A DNA stretch of 64,000 nucleotides from Clostridia bacterium. Lineage in GTDB: Bacteria; Bacillota; DTU086. The stretch is taken from the NCBI GenBank assembly GCA_012523575.1, contig JAAYIF010000006.1, positions 64,064 to 128,063 of the forward strand, read 5' to 3'. Positions 11,201 through 22,499 of this stretch are shown here, one piece after another. The position numbers were made by a program, and so were the translations under genes. How positions within the stretch are numbered: the first letter of the stretch is position 1; the number at the start of each line of letters is the position of its first letter. The notes below the pieces were generated by a model, which was given only the letters and a program-made list of their open reading frames with translations, made no database searches and was not told the origin of the DNA.

Positions 11201-13277
11201 TTTTTAACTTAACTTCATATGAGCAGTTTTGATTAGAGCACACAACTCGTTTATTTTTGCCAGCTCCTTTTTCAACCATCCAACTGTTGCACTGGGGACA
11301 GTTTTTTTCCGTGGGTTTATGCCAAGAAATAAACGCACATTCAGGAAAATTTGCACACCCATAAAATTTTCGTCCTTTTTTGCTCCTGCGAATTACGATT
11401 TCACCACCGCATTCCGGACACTTTACCCCTACCGTTTCTAAAAAGGGCTTTGTATTTGTACATTCGGGGTATCCAGGACAAGCAAGGAATTTTCCATAAC
11501 GACCGTATTTAACGACCATATTTTTTCCACATTTTTCGCAAACTTTGTCTGTAACTTCTTCTTTAACATTTATCTTTCCGGCTTCTTCCTCCGCCTTTTC
11601 TAACATCTCTTTAAATGGTTTATAAAACTCTTCAACTACTTTTGTCCACTCCTGTTTTCCTTCTTCGATTTTATCCAGATCTTCTTCCATGGCAGCGGTG
11701 AATTCCACATCAAGTATATCGCTGAAATATTGTTCAAGGAGGTCCGTTACCACAGCACCCAGTTCTGTGGGTATAAAATACCTGTCTTCTTTAACCACAT
11801 ACCCTCTGGTTAATATGGTATCTATGATGGGGGCATAGGTGCTGGGTCTCCCAATTCCCAATTCTTCAAGGGTTTTAACCAAACTGGCTTCCGTATATCT
11901 TGGGGGAGGCTGGGTAAAATGCTGCTTGGGCTCCAGTTCTTTGACTTTTAGGGTTTCACCCTCTGATAATTCCGGCAATAGGGTTTCGGCTCCTTTAAGG
12001 TCATCGGTATTGGAATAAACCTCTAAAAATCCGGTAAACCGTATAGTGGAACCTGTAGCTTTAAATAAATAACTACCCGCAGCAATTTCCACATCGGTAA
12101 CATCAAAAACAGCGGGTTTCATCTGGCTGCTTACAAATCTTTCCCAAATTAATCTGTAAATCTTTAACTGATCCTTTGTAAGGGCTGATTTGATACTGTC
12201 GGGGTCTCTGGAAACTGAAGTTGGTCTTATAGCTTCATGGGCTTCCTGGGCACCTTTTTTGCTGGGAAAAACATTGGGTTTTTTTGGAACATATTCTTCC
12301 CCAAATTTGTCAGCTATGTAGGCTCTGCAACTACCCACAGCTTCATCAGAAATTTTAGTGGAATCTGTTCTGATATAGGTTATAAGCCCTACGGTTCCCT
12401 CCTTACCTCCTAAATCAATACCTTCATACAACTGCTGGGCGAGCATCATTGTTTTTTTAGCGCTGAAATTAAATCTTTTGGACGCTTCCTGCTGTAAGGT
12501 GCTGGTAATTAAGGGAGCTAAGGGTTTACGCTTTCTCTCTTTTTTCTTGATGGATTTAACAATAAAGGATTGTCCCTTAAGCTCTTTCAAGATTTCATTC
12601 ATTTCTTCTTCGCTTCGGATATGAATTTTTTTATTGTTTTTTGATACCAGTTTTGCTTCAAAAGTTTCACCGTTATTTGCAAAAACAGCCGTTAAGCTCC
12701 AATATTCCTCCGGTTTGAAATCCTTTATTTCTCTTTCCCTTTCCAATATTAACTTGACCGCTACCGACTGAACTCTCCCGGCGCTAAGCCCTTTTTTTAC
12801 CTTTTTCCATAGAAAGGGACTTAATTTATATCCCACTAGTCTGTCCAAAACTCGCCGTGCCTGTTGTGCTTCAACTCTCCGTTGATCAATTTCCTTAGGC
12901 TCCTTAACAGCTTTTAATATTGCTTTTTTTGTTATTTCATTGAATTCAATTCTGCATTTGCTGTCATTAAGTTTTAATACTTCTTTTAAATGCCAGGCTA
13001 TGGCTTCACCTTCCCTATCGGGGTCCGGACCAAGAAGGACCTTTGAGCTTTTTTGAGCTTCCGCCCGCAGATTTTTTAATATTTCTCCTTTACCCCTTAT
13101 GGTTATATATTTAGGTTCAAAATTGTTTTCTACATCCACGCCCAGTTGACTTTTAGGAAGGTCCCTTACGTGTCCCATGCTCGATTTTACGGTGTAGCCC
13201 TTCCCCAAAAATCTCTTAATTGTTTTTGCCTTTGTAGGGGATTCTACAATTACCAATATATTAGCCACTACCTTCAC
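11190..13277 (-). CDS. topA: DNA topoisomerase I
   Basis: TOPRIM N-terminus ([11 protein letters not shown]) and C-terminal Zn-ribbon repeats (CEKCGK..., CPECGG..., CPQCNS...). Confidence 0.9.
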   Translation of the reverse strand: MKVVANILVIVESPTKAKTIKRFLGKGYTVKSSMGHVRDLPKSQLGVDVENNFEPKYITIRGKGEILKNLRAEAQKSSKVLLGPDPDREGEAIAWHLKEVLKLNDSKCRIEFNEITKKAILKAVKEPKEIDQRRVEAQQARRVLDRLVGYKLSPFLWKKVKKGLSAGRVQSVAVKLILEREREIKDFKPEEYWSLTAVFANNGETFEAKLVSKNNKKIHIRSEEEMNEILKELKGQSFIVKSIKKKERKRKPLAPLITSTLQQEASKRFNFSAKKTMMLAQQLYEGIDLGGKEGTVGLITYIRTDSTKISDEAVGSCRAYIADKFGEEYVPKKPNVFPSKKGAQEAHEAIRPTSVSRDPDSIKSALTKDQLKIYRLIWERFVSSQMKPAVFDVTDVEIAAGSYLFKATGSTIRFTGFLEVYSNTDDLKGAETLLPELSEGETLKVKELEPKQHFTQPPPRYTEASLVKTLEELGIGRPSTYAPIIDTILTRGYVVKEDRYFIPTELGAVVTDLLEQYFSDILDVEFTAAMEEDLDKIEEGKQEWTKVVEEFYKPFKEMLEKAEEEAGKINVKEEVTDKVCEKCGKNMVVKYGRYGKFLACPGYPECTNTKPFLETVGVKCPECGGEIVIRRSKKGRKFYGCANFPECAFISWHKPTEKNCPQCNSWMVEKGAGKNKRVVCSNQNCSYEVKLKNDD

Positions 13278-13292
13278 CCCAAAAAAATATTT

Positions 13293-14399
13293 TCATAACA
13301 CAAGATATACTTTTCCTTCACCTCTGGCAACAAGCCCTTCAAGTTCCAGATGAGTTATCAATGCATTAAGCTGACCCGCTGTATTGCCGGTGTGTTGGCA
13401 TAATTCTTCTATGGACACGGGTCCTCCTGAAAGCAGCTCCACAATCTGTTTCATTTCAGGGCTTAACCCCTCCAGATCCGATGGGTTTAGAGCAGTACCC
13501 TCGGCATTCCTTACGAAACTATCATCAAGAAAATCCTGATACTCTTCAAGAATATCTTCTGCCCTTGTTACCAGTTTTGCTCCTTCTTTCAAAAGAGCAT
13601 TACAGCCTTCACTGGTTTTACTAAATATAGGGCCCGGCACTGCAAAAACATCCCTTCCCTGTTCTAAAGCTAAATCAGCAGTGATAAGGGCACCGCCCCG
13701 CTTAGGTGATTCCACAACCAACACCCCCGACGATAAACCACTTATAATTCTGTTTCTGGCAGGGAAATTTTGCTTTGATGGGGAGGTTCCAAGGGGAAAT
13801 TCCGTTATCACCGCTCCTTCTTCACTAATCTTATCAAAGAGCTTTCTATTTTCCCGAGGATAAACAACATCAATGCCGCATCCTAAAACTGCCACAGTTT
13901 TTCCCTCTGCTTCCAGAGCACCGCTATGGGCACATGAATCTATACCTCGGGCAAGCCCGCTGACAATTACTGCGCCATTAGTAGCCAAATCATAAGAAAT
14001 TTTCCTGGCAACTTGTCTGCCGTAAATAGTTGCCCTTCTGGTGCCGACAACGGCAATGTGCAGCAAGGACGGATCCGGTAAATTACCTTTAACATATAAA
14101 ACCGGTGGAGCTCCATGAATATTCTTTAAATTTTGGGGATAACATTTATCATTTATAGATATTATTTCCGCGTTATTTTTTATAACCTGCTCGTAATAGA
14201 GCTGCTCATTAAAGTTATTTTTAAAATTAAAAAATTGTTCTATAGTTTGGCTGTTTGAAATAAGTTCTGCTATTTCCTCTTTAGAAGCTTCCCAAGCAGT
14301 TTTAGGGCCGCCAAAGAAATCAATAATTTTCAGCATGTTTTTATATCCAATTTTTGAACAGTTAAAGGCAGCCCAATAGGCTTCGTCAGGTAATGACAT
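13293..14399 (-). CDS. dprA: DNA processing protein DprA (Smf)
   Basis: Rossmann-like ...AVVGTRRATIYGRQ...IVSGLARGIDS... region; the start was chosen at MSLPDEAYW and the track ORF is 27 codons longer. Confidence 0.8.
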   Translation of the reverse strand: MSLPDEAYWAAFNCSKIGYKNMLKIIDFFGGPKTAWEASKEEIAELISNSQTIEQFFNFKNNFNEQLYYEQVIKNNAEIISINDKCYPQNLKNIHGAPPVLYVKGNLPDPSLLHIAVVGTRRATIYGRQVARKISYDLATNGAVIVSGLARGIDSCAHSGALEAEGKTVAVLGCGIDVVYPRENRKLFDKISEEGAVITEFPLGTSPSKQNFPARNRIISGLSSGVLVVESPKRGGALITADLALEQGRDVFAVPGPIFSKTSEGCNALLKEGAKLVTRAEDILEEYQDFLDDSFVRNAEGTALNPSDLEGLSPEMKQIVELLSGGPVSIEELCQHTGNTAGQLNALITHLELEGLVARGEGKVYLVL

Positions 14400-14763
14400 G
14401 CACATCACTTCCATTTTTTGCATCCTACATTCGTGTAAACAAAGGGATTTCCTTCTAAAAGTTAAATTAAATTTTTTCAATTACAACGTCTAACATACCT
14501 ACTAAAGAAAATAATGCCGTATATATATTAAAATTTCCAATATTTATAAAAAGAGCAAACCAAGAACTGGATCTAAATCAAGAATCATTATATCAAGAAA
14601 CTGATTTTTTTGAACCTTATAAAGCTATGCATGCATTTCGATACTTCATATATTTATCTGCCACCCTTTTAACTCAATTATGCAGGGCTAGAAAAAGGAA
14701 AATTACGTATATTGTAGAACCTTACTAGAAATGCAATAAAACTATAATTAAGGAAGGTTAAGG

Positions 14764-16296
14764 ATGTTAGCAGTAGTGGAAAGCTGCTCAACAAAAGGTG
14801 TTGAAGGATTCTTAGTTCAAGTTGAAGTAGACGTATCCCCGGGTCTGCCGGGTTTTTATATTTGTGGGCTTCCCGATACCGCTGTAAAAGAATCTAAGGA
14901 CAGAGTAAGGGCGGCAATTAAAAACTCCGGCTTTGATTTTCCCATGCAGAGAATAACCGTTAATTTAGCCCCGGCAGATATAAAAAAAGTGGGCTCTCAA
15001 TTTGACCTACCCATAGCCATTGGAATTCTTGCAGCGACGGAGCAAATATCAATGGAAAATTTAAAAAACAAGTTTTTTGTTGGTGAACTTTCATTGAAGG
15101 GAGAGCTTAGAAAAGCCCATGGCATATTGCCCATGGCTCAGAGTATTTCTAATTTATATCAAAACTCTGTTTTTGTGGTACCACCGGAAAACAGTTTTGA
15201 AGCCTCTTTGGCAGATAATGTCACAGTAATAGCCCCTGAAACTCTGAATGATCTTGTATCTTTTTTAAACAACAAAAAGGATATTTCCCCTGTGAAAACG
15301 GATATAGAAAGTCTCTTTTCAAAAAATGCTATGGTTTACCCTGATTTTTCTGAAGTTAAAGGACAGGAAACTGCCAAAAGAGCTTTAGAAATTGCAGCCG
15401 CCGGAGGGCATCATGTCTTGATGGTAGGTTCGCCTGGTTCCGGCAAAACAATGCTTGCCAAACGGCTCCCCGGTATTTTTCCACCTATGCATGCCGAAGA
15501 AGCCTTTGAAATAACTAAAATTTACAGTGTTGCCGGTCTAATTGACCCTGAAACCCCTTTAATAACCCAAAGACCCTTTAGAGCACCACATCATACTGCT
15601 TCATCTTCAAGTATCATAGGAGGAGGACAAATTCCCAGGCCAGGAGAAATTAGCTTGGCAACTTACGGAATACTTTTTATGGATGAACTACCTGAGTTTA
15701 GAAGAGATGTGATCGAAGCTTTGCGTCAGCCCCTGGAAGAGAAAAAAATAACCATCTCAAGGGCATCGGCAACAATTACTTTTCCCGCTAATTTCACCCT
15801 AGTGGCAGCAATGAATCCATGCCCTTGCGGATTCTTTTTGGATGAAGACAATGACTGCATGTGCACCCCTTTTCAAATACAAAGATATATGAATAAAGTT
15901 TCTGGACCCATAATGGATAGAATAGATATACACATTGAAGTACCAAAATTGAAATATAAGGATATAAAAAATGATAAAACCGGCGAAACCTCAGAAAAGA
16001 TTAGGAAAAGAGTTACGGCAGCACGAAACATTCAAAGGAAAAGATATAAAGATCTGGACATCAAATGTAATGGAGAGCTTGAAGGGAAAATGGTTTACCA
16101 ATTTTGCAAAACAACCAGTGAAGCCAACAAATTACTTGAAAAAATTTTTGACAAACTTAAAATAAGCATGAGGGCTCACAATAAAATCTTAAAAGTAGCC
16201 AGGACCATAGCTGATCTTGAAAACAAATCTAATATAGACGTCGAACATATTGCTGAAGCAGTTCAGCTGCGCTTTTTAGATCGGGCAAACTATTAA
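14764..16296 (+). CDS. YifB/ComM family Mg-chelatase-like AAA ATPase
   Basis: N-terminal Lon-like domain and AAA region ...HHVLMVGSPGSGKTMLAKRL...; divergent from dprA. Confidence 0.85.
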   Translation: MLAVVESCSTKGVEGFLVQVEVDVSPGLPGFYICGLPDTAVKESKDRVRAAIKNSGFDFPMQRITVNLAPADIKKVGSQFDLPIAIGILAATEQISMENLKNKFFVGELSLKGELRKAHGILPMAQSISNLYQNSVFVVPPENSFEASLADNVTVIAPETLNDLVSFLNNKKDISPVKTDIESLFSKNAMVYPDFSEVKGQETAKRALEIAAAGGHHVLMVGSPGSGKTMLAKRLPGIFPPMHAEEAFEITKIYSVAGLIDPETPLITQRPFRAPHHTASSSSIIGGGQIPRPGEISLATYGILFMDELPEFRRDVIEALRQPLEEKKITISRASATITFPANFTLVAAMNPCPCGFFLDEDNDCMCTPFQIQRYMNKVSGPIMDRIDIHIEVPKLKYKDIKNDKTGETSEKIRKRVTAARNIQRKRYKDLDIKCNGELEGKMVYQFCKTTSEANKLLEKIFDKLKISMRAHNKILKVARTIADLENKSNIDVEHIAEAVQLRFLDRANY

Positions 16297-16400
16297 GCTA
16301 AAGAAGGAAACAGTGCTTTAATGTTGAAGTCTTGATGGTAAAATTATAATGAGTTATGGCATTATTGCAAAATGTAAATTTAAAGGGGGAAAATTTTTAC

Positions 16401-16697
16401 ATGAAAATCCATACAGAAATAAAGAAAGACGGCAAGAATGAACGGGTATACGAAGTGGAAGTGGTTATTCCTAAAACAAATAAACCCGTTATCCCGGGAG
16501 AGGAAAGCAATAAAAAAGTAGCTGATATTCTTAACTATTTTGAAAAGGTTATTATGGACCATGATTGGATTGAAGACATGGGTTATGATGAAAAAATAGA
16601 GGTGCTGCGTCAGTATTCCCTTTACTGGTTTTTAAGCAACATCCTTCAACTTGACCTATATCCTCTTCCCAAAGAAGGCGGTTCCAAACCCTGTTAG
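16401..16697 (+). CDS. hypothetical protein
   Basis: ORF preceded by AAAGGGGG, starting MKIHTEIKKDG...; no recognisable family. Confidence 0.45.
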   Translation: MKIHTEIKKDGKNERVYEVEVVIPKTNKPVIPGEESNKKVADILNYFEKVIMDHDWIEDMGYDEKIEVLRQYSLYWFLSNILQLDLYPLPKEGGSKPC

Positions 16698-16730
16698 TTT
16701 TTTAAATATTTAAGTTGATTATTATAAAAA

Positions 16731-16768
16731 AAGTGGGACCAAGTTCTTTTCTTGGTCCCGCTTTTTAT
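16731..16768. terminator. bidirectional intrinsic terminator
   Basis: AAAAAAGTGGGACCAAG-ttcttttc-CTTGGTCCCGC-TTTTTATCATAAAAAAA. Confidence 0.6.
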
Positions 16769-16778
16769 CATAAAAAAA

Positions 16779-16854
16779 TGGAGCCGACGACCGGATTTGA
16801 ACCGGTAACCTGCTGATTACAAGTCAGCTGCTCTGCCTGTTGAGCTACGTCGGC
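16779..16854 (-). tRNA. tRNA-Thr (anticodon UGU), CCA encoded
   Basis: Reverse complement is GCCGACGTAGCTCAACAGGCAGAGCAGCTGACTTGTAATCAGCAGG...GGTTCAAATCC...GTCGGCTCCA, a cloverleaf with anticodon loop CUUGUAA. Confidence 0.85.
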
Positions 16855-16863
16855 GCCATAAAG

Positions 16864-16940
16864 TGGTCGGGGCGGAGGGATTTGAACCCACGACCCCTTG
16901 GTCCCAAACCAAGTGCGCTTCCAAACTGCGCTACGCCCCG
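16864..16940 (-). tRNA. tRNA-Pro (anticodon UGG), CCA encoded
   Basis: Reverse complement is CGGGGCGTAGCGCAGTTTGGAAGCGCACTTGGTTTGGGACCAAGGGGTCGTGGGTTCAAATCCCTCCGCCCCGACCA. Confidence 0.85.
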
Positions 16941-17176
16941 TACTACGCAAGCTTTATTATAACTAAGAACAGGATCATAGTCAAGACTATGTTCCGGTCC
17001 GAATATGGTAAGTTGTTTGGGATATATGCTGCCCTGTCCGAAAAAGCAGCAATTTATATTTGAATTAATTTTAAAAAATGTTTTCGTGTAAATTTATATT
17101 TAATTTTTACATTAAATATAATTTATTCATTTATAATTAAAATATAGAACGAAAATAAAAAAGTGGAGTGATTTAA

Positions 17177-17488
17177 GTGATCTCTGGACTTAAAAAAGCT
17201 TTTCTTTTAGGTTTAGGTGCAATTTCCATTACAAAGGAAAAAGCAGAGAAACTTTTTGATGAAATGGTTAAAAGAGGCGAAATTACGAGGGAAGAAGCCA
17301 AAGAATTATTAAACAGTTTAATGGAAAAGGGTAAGGAGGAAGGAGAAAAAATTAAAGAAACGGTAAGAACAGAATTTGAAAGGCTAAAGGTGTCGAACAA
17401 GTTTGTTACCAAGCAGGAGTTTGATATGCTAACCGAAAGGGTTGCTAAGTTGGAGGAAATTCTGCAAAACAAAGAATCTGAACAATAA
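17177..17488 (+). CDS. phasin-family / COG3937-like small coiled-coil protein
   Basis: GTG start after AAAGTGGAGTGA; MISGLKKAFLLGLGAISITKEKAEKLFDEMVKRGEITREEAKELL... matches the conserved N-terminus of the Clostridial phasin-like (PHA synthesis regulator) family. Confidence 0.65.
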   Translation: MISGLKKAFLLGLGAISITKEKAEKLFDEMVKRGEITREEAKELLNSLMEKGKEEGEKIKETVRTEFERLKVSNKFVTKQEFDMLTERVAKLEEILQNKESEQ

Positions 17489-17494
17489 AAAAAA

Positions 17495-17569
17495 TGGCTG
17501 GGACGGCTGGATTCGAACCAACGATGACGGGTCCAAAGCCCGTTGCCTTACCCCTTGGCTACGTCCCAC
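17495..17569 (-). tRNA. tRNA-Gln (anticodon UUG), CCA encoded
   Basis: Reverse complement is TGGGACGTAGCCAAGGGGTAAGGCAACGGGCTTTGGACCCGTCATCGTTGGTTCGAATCCAGCCGTCCCAGCCA; a U1-A72 acceptor pair is typical of tRNA-Gln. Confidence 0.85.
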
Positions 17570-17663
17570 TGCATTAATAATTATTAACTGCAGCTTAATT
17601 ATTAAAACACGAAATTTTAACCAGAAAAGTTTTAAAAAACTAAATCAATCTGTCTGCTGTATG

Positions 17664-17694
17664 AAGGGCAACAATTTTTGCCCTTTTTCCTTTT
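17664..17694 (+). terminator. intrinsic terminator-like hairpin in the acs upstream region
   Basis: GGGCAAcaatttTTGCCC followed by TTTTTCCTTTT. Confidence 0.4.
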
Positions 17695-17978
17695 TAGAGT
17701 TTTTAGCAGCAACTTGTTGAAAGGTGTTCGATGAAAGATACTAAAAGGAACGGTAAACGGAAGGTTTTTAAATCCTAATATACTTAAACGACAACTAAAA
17801 CGTTTGTTTATAATATCGGCATCCTTTTTTTGCATAAAATCCAAGCTCTTATTCAATCCATCCGTAGTTTTCCACACCCTGCCGAATAAATATTTACCCC
17901 CTATTAAGGTTCGAATAAAATAAAACCACAATATCCTCCCTGCAAATCAGGGAAATTTTTTTCAAAGGGGGTAATATT

Positions 17979-19949
17979 GTGTCTGCATTAGAAAGACAAA
18001 ATGTGGAAAGTACAATAGCTGGACTGTTAGAGGAAAAGAGGTTATTTAAACCCAGTGATGAATTTGTTGCTCAGGCAAACGTAAGTGATCCCAAAATTTA
18101 TGAAGAAGCTGCAAAGGATAGAGAAGCCTACTGGGCAAAACAGGCGGAGCGCCTTCACTGGTTTAAGAAATGGGATAAGGTCCTGGAATGGAATCCGCCC
18201 TTTGCAAAATGGTTTATTGGTGGAAAATTGAATGCTTCCTATAACTGCGTTGATCGTCATTTTAACAGCCAGCGCAGACAAAAACCTGCAATTATCTGGG
18301 AAGGAGAGCCCGGAGATCAGAGGGTTCTCACATACGAAGATTTATATTATGAAGTAAATAAGTTTGCCAATGTACTCAAAAATCTTGGAGTTAAAAAAGG
18401 CGATAGAGTTATGGTCTACATGCCAATGGTGCCGGAATTGGCTATTACACTGCTTGCATGTGCACGTATTGGAGCTCCACACAGCGTAGTTTTTGGTGGT
18501 TTCAGCGCAGATTCTTTACGTGATCGTATCAATGACTGCCAGAGTAAAATCGTTGTCACGGCTGACGGAGGATACCGTAGAGGAAACTTAATCCCCCTTA
18601 AGGATAACGTAGATGAAGCTCTTAAAGGTGCTCCAAGTGTGGAAAAGGTTATTGTCTATCAACGAGGACAGGATAAGAATAAAGTTAACATGGTTGAGGG
18701 GCGCGACCTTTGGTGGGATGAATTAATGGAAAAAGCTGATAATTACTGCGAGCCGGAACCCATGGATTCGGAAGATATGCTTTTCCTGCTATACACCAGC
18801 GGTACCACAGGAAAACCCAAAGGTATTGTGCATACAACGGGAGGTTATATGACCGGAGTTACCGCAACGGCTCATATGATCTTTGATCTTAAGGACGAAG
18901 ATATATTCTGGTGCACGGCTGATATCGGTTGGATTACGGGACATTCTTATGTTGTTTACGGTCCTCTGGCAAACGGTGCCACAGTGGTAATGTATGAGGG
19001 CGGCCCCGATTATCCTGATAAAGACCGTTTTTGGAAAATAGTTGAAAAATACCGTGTAACCATATTTTACACGGCCCCAACGGCAATTAGAGCCTTTATG
19101 CGCTGGGGAATCGAGTATCCACAAAGATGCGATCTTTCTTCCCTGCGTCTATTAGGAACCGTCGGTGAACCCATAAACCCCGAAGCATGGATTTGGTACC
19201 ACAAATATATTGGGAATGAGAAATGCCCCATCGTGGATACCTGGTGGCAAACAGAAACAGGTTCCATTTTGATCAGCCCGCTGCCTGGAGTAGTGACAAC
19301 CAAGCCGGGTTCGACAACCTTCGCGGTGCCTGGTATAGAAGCCGATGTTTTTGATAATAATGGTAATCCTGTAAAACCAGGAGAAGGTGGTTACTTGGTT
19401 ATTAAATCGCCATGGCCTTCCATGCTGCGCACCATTTATGGCGACGACAAAAGATATATTGACACTTACTGGAGCAAATATGAAAATATATACTTCCCCG
19501 GAGACGGTGCCAAGAAGGATGAGGATGGATATATTTGGGTGCTGGGAAGGGTTGACGATGTAATTAATGTTTCCGGTCACAGATTAGGAACAATGGAACT
19601 GGAAAGCGCACTTGTTGATCATCCAAGTGTCGCTGAAGCAGCCGTTATTGGTAAAAGTCACGATATCAAGGGACAGTGTATTGTGGCATTTGTAACTTTG
19701 AAAGAAGGTATTGAAGGTACACCCGAACTGAAACAGGAGATAAGTAACCATGTTAGAAAGAAAATCGGCCCCATTGCAAAACCGGAAGAAATTTACTTCA
19801 CTGCTGAACTTCCCAAAACCCGAAGTGGAAAAATTATGCGCAGGCTGCTCAGGGATATTGCCGAAGGCAGAGTTCTTGGAGATACCACTACATTAGCCGA
19901 TCCCACTGTCATTGAACACATCAAAGGCCAGTATAGCGATAAGGAGTGA
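17979..19949 (+). CDS. acsA: acetyl-coenzyme A synthetase
   Basis: GTG start after AAAGGGGGT; ...[13 protein letters not shown]..., ...YGPLANGAT..., ...[14 protein letters not shown]...; full-length AMP-forming Acs. Confidence 0.9.
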   Translation: MSALERQNVESTIAGLLEEKRLFKPSDEFVAQANVSDPKIYEEAAKDREAYWAKQAERLHWFKKWDKVLEWNPPFAKWFIGGKLNASYNCVDRHFNSQRRQKPAIIWEGEPGDQRVLTYEDLYYEVNKFANVLKNLGVKKGDRVMVYMPMVPELAITLLACARIGAPHSVVFGGFSADSLRDRINDCQSKIVVTADGGYRRGNLIPLKDNVDEALKGAPSVEKVIVYQRGQDKNKVNMVEGRDLWWDELMEKADNYCEPEPMDSEDMLFLLYTSGTTGKPKGIVHTTGGYMTGVTATAHMIFDLKDEDIFWCTADIGWITGHSYVVYGPLANGATVVMYEGGPDYPDKDRFWKIVEKYRVTIFYTAPTAIRAFMRWGIEYPQRCDLSSLRLLGTVGEPINPEAWIWYHKYIGNEKCPIVDTWWQTETGSILISPLPGVVTTKPGSTTFAVPGIEADVFDNNGNPVKPGEGGYLVIKSPWPSMLRTIYGDDKRYIDTYWSKYENIYFPGDGAKKDEDGYIWVLGRVDDVINVSGHRLGTMELESALVDHPSVAEAAVIGKSHDIKGQCIVAFVTLKEGIEGTPELKQEISNHVRKKIGPIAKPEEIYFTAELPKTRSGKIMRRLLRDIAEGRVLGDTTTLADPTVIEHIKGQYSDKE

Positions 19950-21226
19950 TTTCAATGGGAAAAGCCCAAGAAGTATCTTCCATGAAACTTCCGAATCGCT
20001 GGTTGATAGTGGTCGCGGGTATAATTATTCAACTTTGCCTTGGCACATTATACGCATACAGCGTTTTCAGAAACCCTTTAATGGAAAAATTCGGCTGGAC
20101 CATAACAGAAGCATCCCTTGCCTTTACCATTTGCCTTGTGTTCTTTACCATCGCAATGGTATTTGCAGGGTTATGGCAAGATAAAGTAGGTCCAAGACTG
20201 GTAGGTACGGTGGGAGGAATTCTCTTAGGGGCTGGCTGTCTCCTGGCCAGCCGCACAAACTCCCTTAACATGCTTTATATCTCCTACGGGGTAATTGCTG
20301 GAACAGGTGTGGGATTTGCTTACGTAACTCCCATTGCAACCATCGTTAAATGGTTTCCGGATAAAAGAGGTTTGATGACCGGATTTGCCGTGTTCGGATT
20401 TGGTGCAGGTTCTCTCGTTTTTGCCCCCCTTGCCACAAAGCTAATTATAAAATACGGGGTTTTAAACGCATTCGCAATACTCGGTGTGATATTTTTAGTT
20501 GCCGTTGCTGGATCAGCGCAGTTGCTCCGGAATCCGCCCCCGGGCTGGAAGCCGGAAGGATGGAATCCGCCGCAAGCCACAGGAAATGCAAATACAACAA
20601 CTTTTATTGAAGACTATTCTCCGGGAGAAATGCTCCGTACACTACGTTTTTGGATTACATGGATAATGTATTTCTTGGGAGCTTCGGCAGGATTAATGAT
20701 TATTTCCCAGGCTGCACCCATGGCAGAAGAAATGGTTGGTTTAAGTAAGGAAGCAGCGGCAGCAGCAGTAGGCGTCTTGGCAATTTTCAACGGTCTTGGC
20801 AGGCTGTTCTGGGGTGCTGCCTCGGATAAAATCGGGAGAAACTTTTCCCTATTCCTTATGTTCTCCGTATACACGGTGGCCCTTTTCTTCATACTACCCC
20901 ATGCAGCATCTTATACCAGTTACGTTGTAGGTATTTGTGCAGCAGCACTTTCCTTCGGAGGATACCTGGCATTAATGCCGGCTATCACCGCCGATTATTT
21001 TGGAACAAGAAATTTAGGTATAAACTATGGGTGGATGTTTACCGCATACGGTGCAGCAGCCATTTTCGGACCATTATTAATTGCACGCATCAAGGAAGCT
21101 TCCGGAGGATATTCCCAGGCGCTATATATCCTTGCAGCGCTGTCCCTGGTAGGAATAGGTTTAACTGCAATTAACAAAATTATACAAAATCGAATATTAC
21201 AACATGGAATTAAAATAAATACGTAA
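19946..21226 (+). CDS. MFS transporter of the oxalate:formate antiporter (OFA) family, candidate carboxylate transporter
   Basis: 12 TM helices with OFA-like features; the ATG overlaps the acs stop (ATGA); an alternative start is MKLPNRW at 19982. Confidence 0.75.
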   Translation: MISMGKAQEVSSMKLPNRWLIVVAGIIIQLCLGTLYAYSVFRNPLMEKFGWTITEASLAFTICLVFFTIAMVFAGLWQDKVGPRLVGTVGGILLGAGCLLASRTNSLNMLYISYGVIAGTGVGFAYVTPIATIVKWFPDKRGLMTGFAVFGFGAGSLVFAPLATKLIIKYGVLNAFAILGVIFLVAVAGSAQLLRNPPPGWKPEGWNPPQATGNANTTTFIEDYSPGEMLRTLRFWITWIMYFLGASAGLMIISQAAPMAEEMVGLSKEAAAAAVGVLAIFNGLGRLFWGAASDKIGRNFSLFLMFSVYTVALFFILPHAASYTSYVVGICAAALSFGGYLALMPAITADYFGTRNLGINYGWMFTAYGAAAIFGPLLIARIKEASGGYSQALYILAALSLVGIGLTAINKIIQNRILQHGIKINT

Positions 21227-21242
21227 TTAAATTTATTTGCTG

Positions 21243-21272
21243 GCCCTAAAAGGCCGGCAATTTTTATTTTGT
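21243..21272 (+). terminator. terminator after the MFS gene
   Basis: GCTGGCCctaaaaGGCCGGC followed by aaTTTTTATTTT. Confidence 0.45.
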
Positions 21273-21288
21273 ATGCCTTAAAAAAATA

Positions 21289-21325
21289 AAAAGGCTTACG
21301 GAATTTACAAAATTCCGCAAGTCTC
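21289..21325 (-). terminator. terminator after the VIT-family gene (convergent)
   Basis: On the minus strand: CTTGCGGAATTTTGTAAATTCCGTAAG followed by CCTTTTTATTTTTTT. Confidence 0.45.
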
Positions 21326-21380
21326 GATTTTCAGTGGTAGTGATTATAATTATTAGTTTTTATTTCTTTCTATTCCTACA

Positions 21381-22268
21381 CTAAATATCAACCCCAAGGA
21401 AAAGCCTGATGAAGTACCCGATTATAAAGGAAATTGCGGCTACTCCCAAGCTGATACCGGCCATTTCAAAAAATCTCTCTTTAAATGAAAGATCCTTAGC
21501 TACCGATATATAAAAATTAAACATTAGTAATATTAATATGGCTGCAACAATTGTAAACACAAGGGATATCACATAGTTGGTAAATACAAGATAGGGTAAT
21601 ACCAGAAACATAACAGCGAAAATATATGCTCCTCCGGTATATAATGCTGATTTAAGGGCTCGACTATTATCCTGCTCAGTCCTGGTTGAAAGGTATTCCG
21701 ATGCTGCCATTGAAAGTGAAGCTGCTACACCTGTTATAAGACCCGCAAGGGCTATGAGGCGCGTATTTTTCATTGCAAATGTGAGCCCTGCCAAGGTACC
21801 CGTAAGCTCCACCAGGGCATCATTTAGCCCGAGGACCATTGAACCTACAAATTCAAGCCTTTCCTCCTCGATTATTTCAATCAGTTCTTTTTCGTGCTCA
21901 TCCTCTTCCTTTGCTATTCTTTTAAATTCTTCAATATCATCCCCGAGTTCTCTGTATAGTTTTTCCGAACTTTTTTCCCCTTTCTCCATAAGCTTTAGAC
22001 CAAAAGTAATTCCAAAAATCATTGAAATAAAGATATAAAAATATATTTTTAAAATGTTAGGCTTCTTATCTGTTCCGGTGAACTTTTTTAGCTCGTCATG
22101 GTGGCGAAGTTCTTCACGGGCGATTTGTTGGAGGATTTTGCTGTTGTGTTCATTCTTTATAAGCGAGGATAGTTTTAAATAAATATGGTATTCTGTTATT
22201 TCATTTTCCTGTGCTTTTTGCAAAGATTTAATAGTATTATCGTCTATTCGATAACTCAATTCACACAC
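21381..22268 (-). CDS. ferritin-like (rubrerythrin-type) domain fused to a VIT1/CCC1-family iron/manganese transporter
   Basis: N-terminal four-helix E...EL.HH motifs (EITEYHIYLKL...REELRHHDEL; EEDEHEKELIE) plus a C-terminal VIT region ...VLGLNDALVELTGTLAGLTFA... Confidence 0.75.
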   Translation of the reverse strand: MCELSYRIDDNTIKSLQKAQENEITEYHIYLKLSSLIKNEHNSKILQQIAREELRHHDELKKFTGTDKKPNILKIYFYIFISMIFGITFGLKLMEKGEKSSEKLYRELGDDIEEFKRIAKEEDEHEKELIEIIEEERLEFVGSMVLGLNDALVELTGTLAGLTFAMKNTRLIALAGLITGVAASLSMAASEYLSTRTEQDNSRALKSALYTGGAYIFAVMFLVLPYLVFTNYVISLVFTIVAAILILLMFNFYISVAKDLSFKERFFEMAGISLGVAAISFIIGYFIRLFLGVDI

Positions 22269-22274
22269 TTCCTT

Positions 22275-22388
22275 TACAAGCTGTTCAAGAACTGGCTGGG
22301 CACAAGCAGGCGATAACCATTACGGAAATTTATGGCCATTTAACTAAAAAATTAAACAGAGAAATGGCAAATAAACTTGAGGTTTAAA
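22275..22388 (+). pseudogene. remnant of a tyrosine recombinase/integrase (C-terminal approximately 37 codons only)
   Basis: Frame reads LQAVQELAGHKQAITITEIYGHLTKKLNREMANKLEV-stop, matching the integrase C-terminal LLGH...T..Y.H box containing the catalytic Tyr; no upstream coding continuation; the 3' end of tRNA-Leu is 110 nt away. Confidence 0.55.
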
Positions 22389-22499
22389 TCTTAATAACTA
22401 TCAAAAAGCCAGTCCCCAATCCACTAAAATTTCATTTTCATTCTATTTTATTTCCAAGCATAAAAGAGCAAAAGCCCTTGCGTTGCAAGGGCTTAAGAA

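Noticed and set aside
16768-17063. Two small ORFs (16768..16950 minus, 16863..17063 plus)
   Set aside because: They overlap tRNA-Thr and tRNA-Pro. They are tRNA-derived open frames, not genes.
17442-17931. ORFs 17442..17720 (+) and 17632..17931 (-)
   Set aside because: They overlap tRNA-Gln and an AT-rich intergenic region. They have no RBS and implausible composition.
19067-19580. Minus-strand ORFs of 78-142 aa
   Set aside because: They are antisense to the well-supported acs gene.
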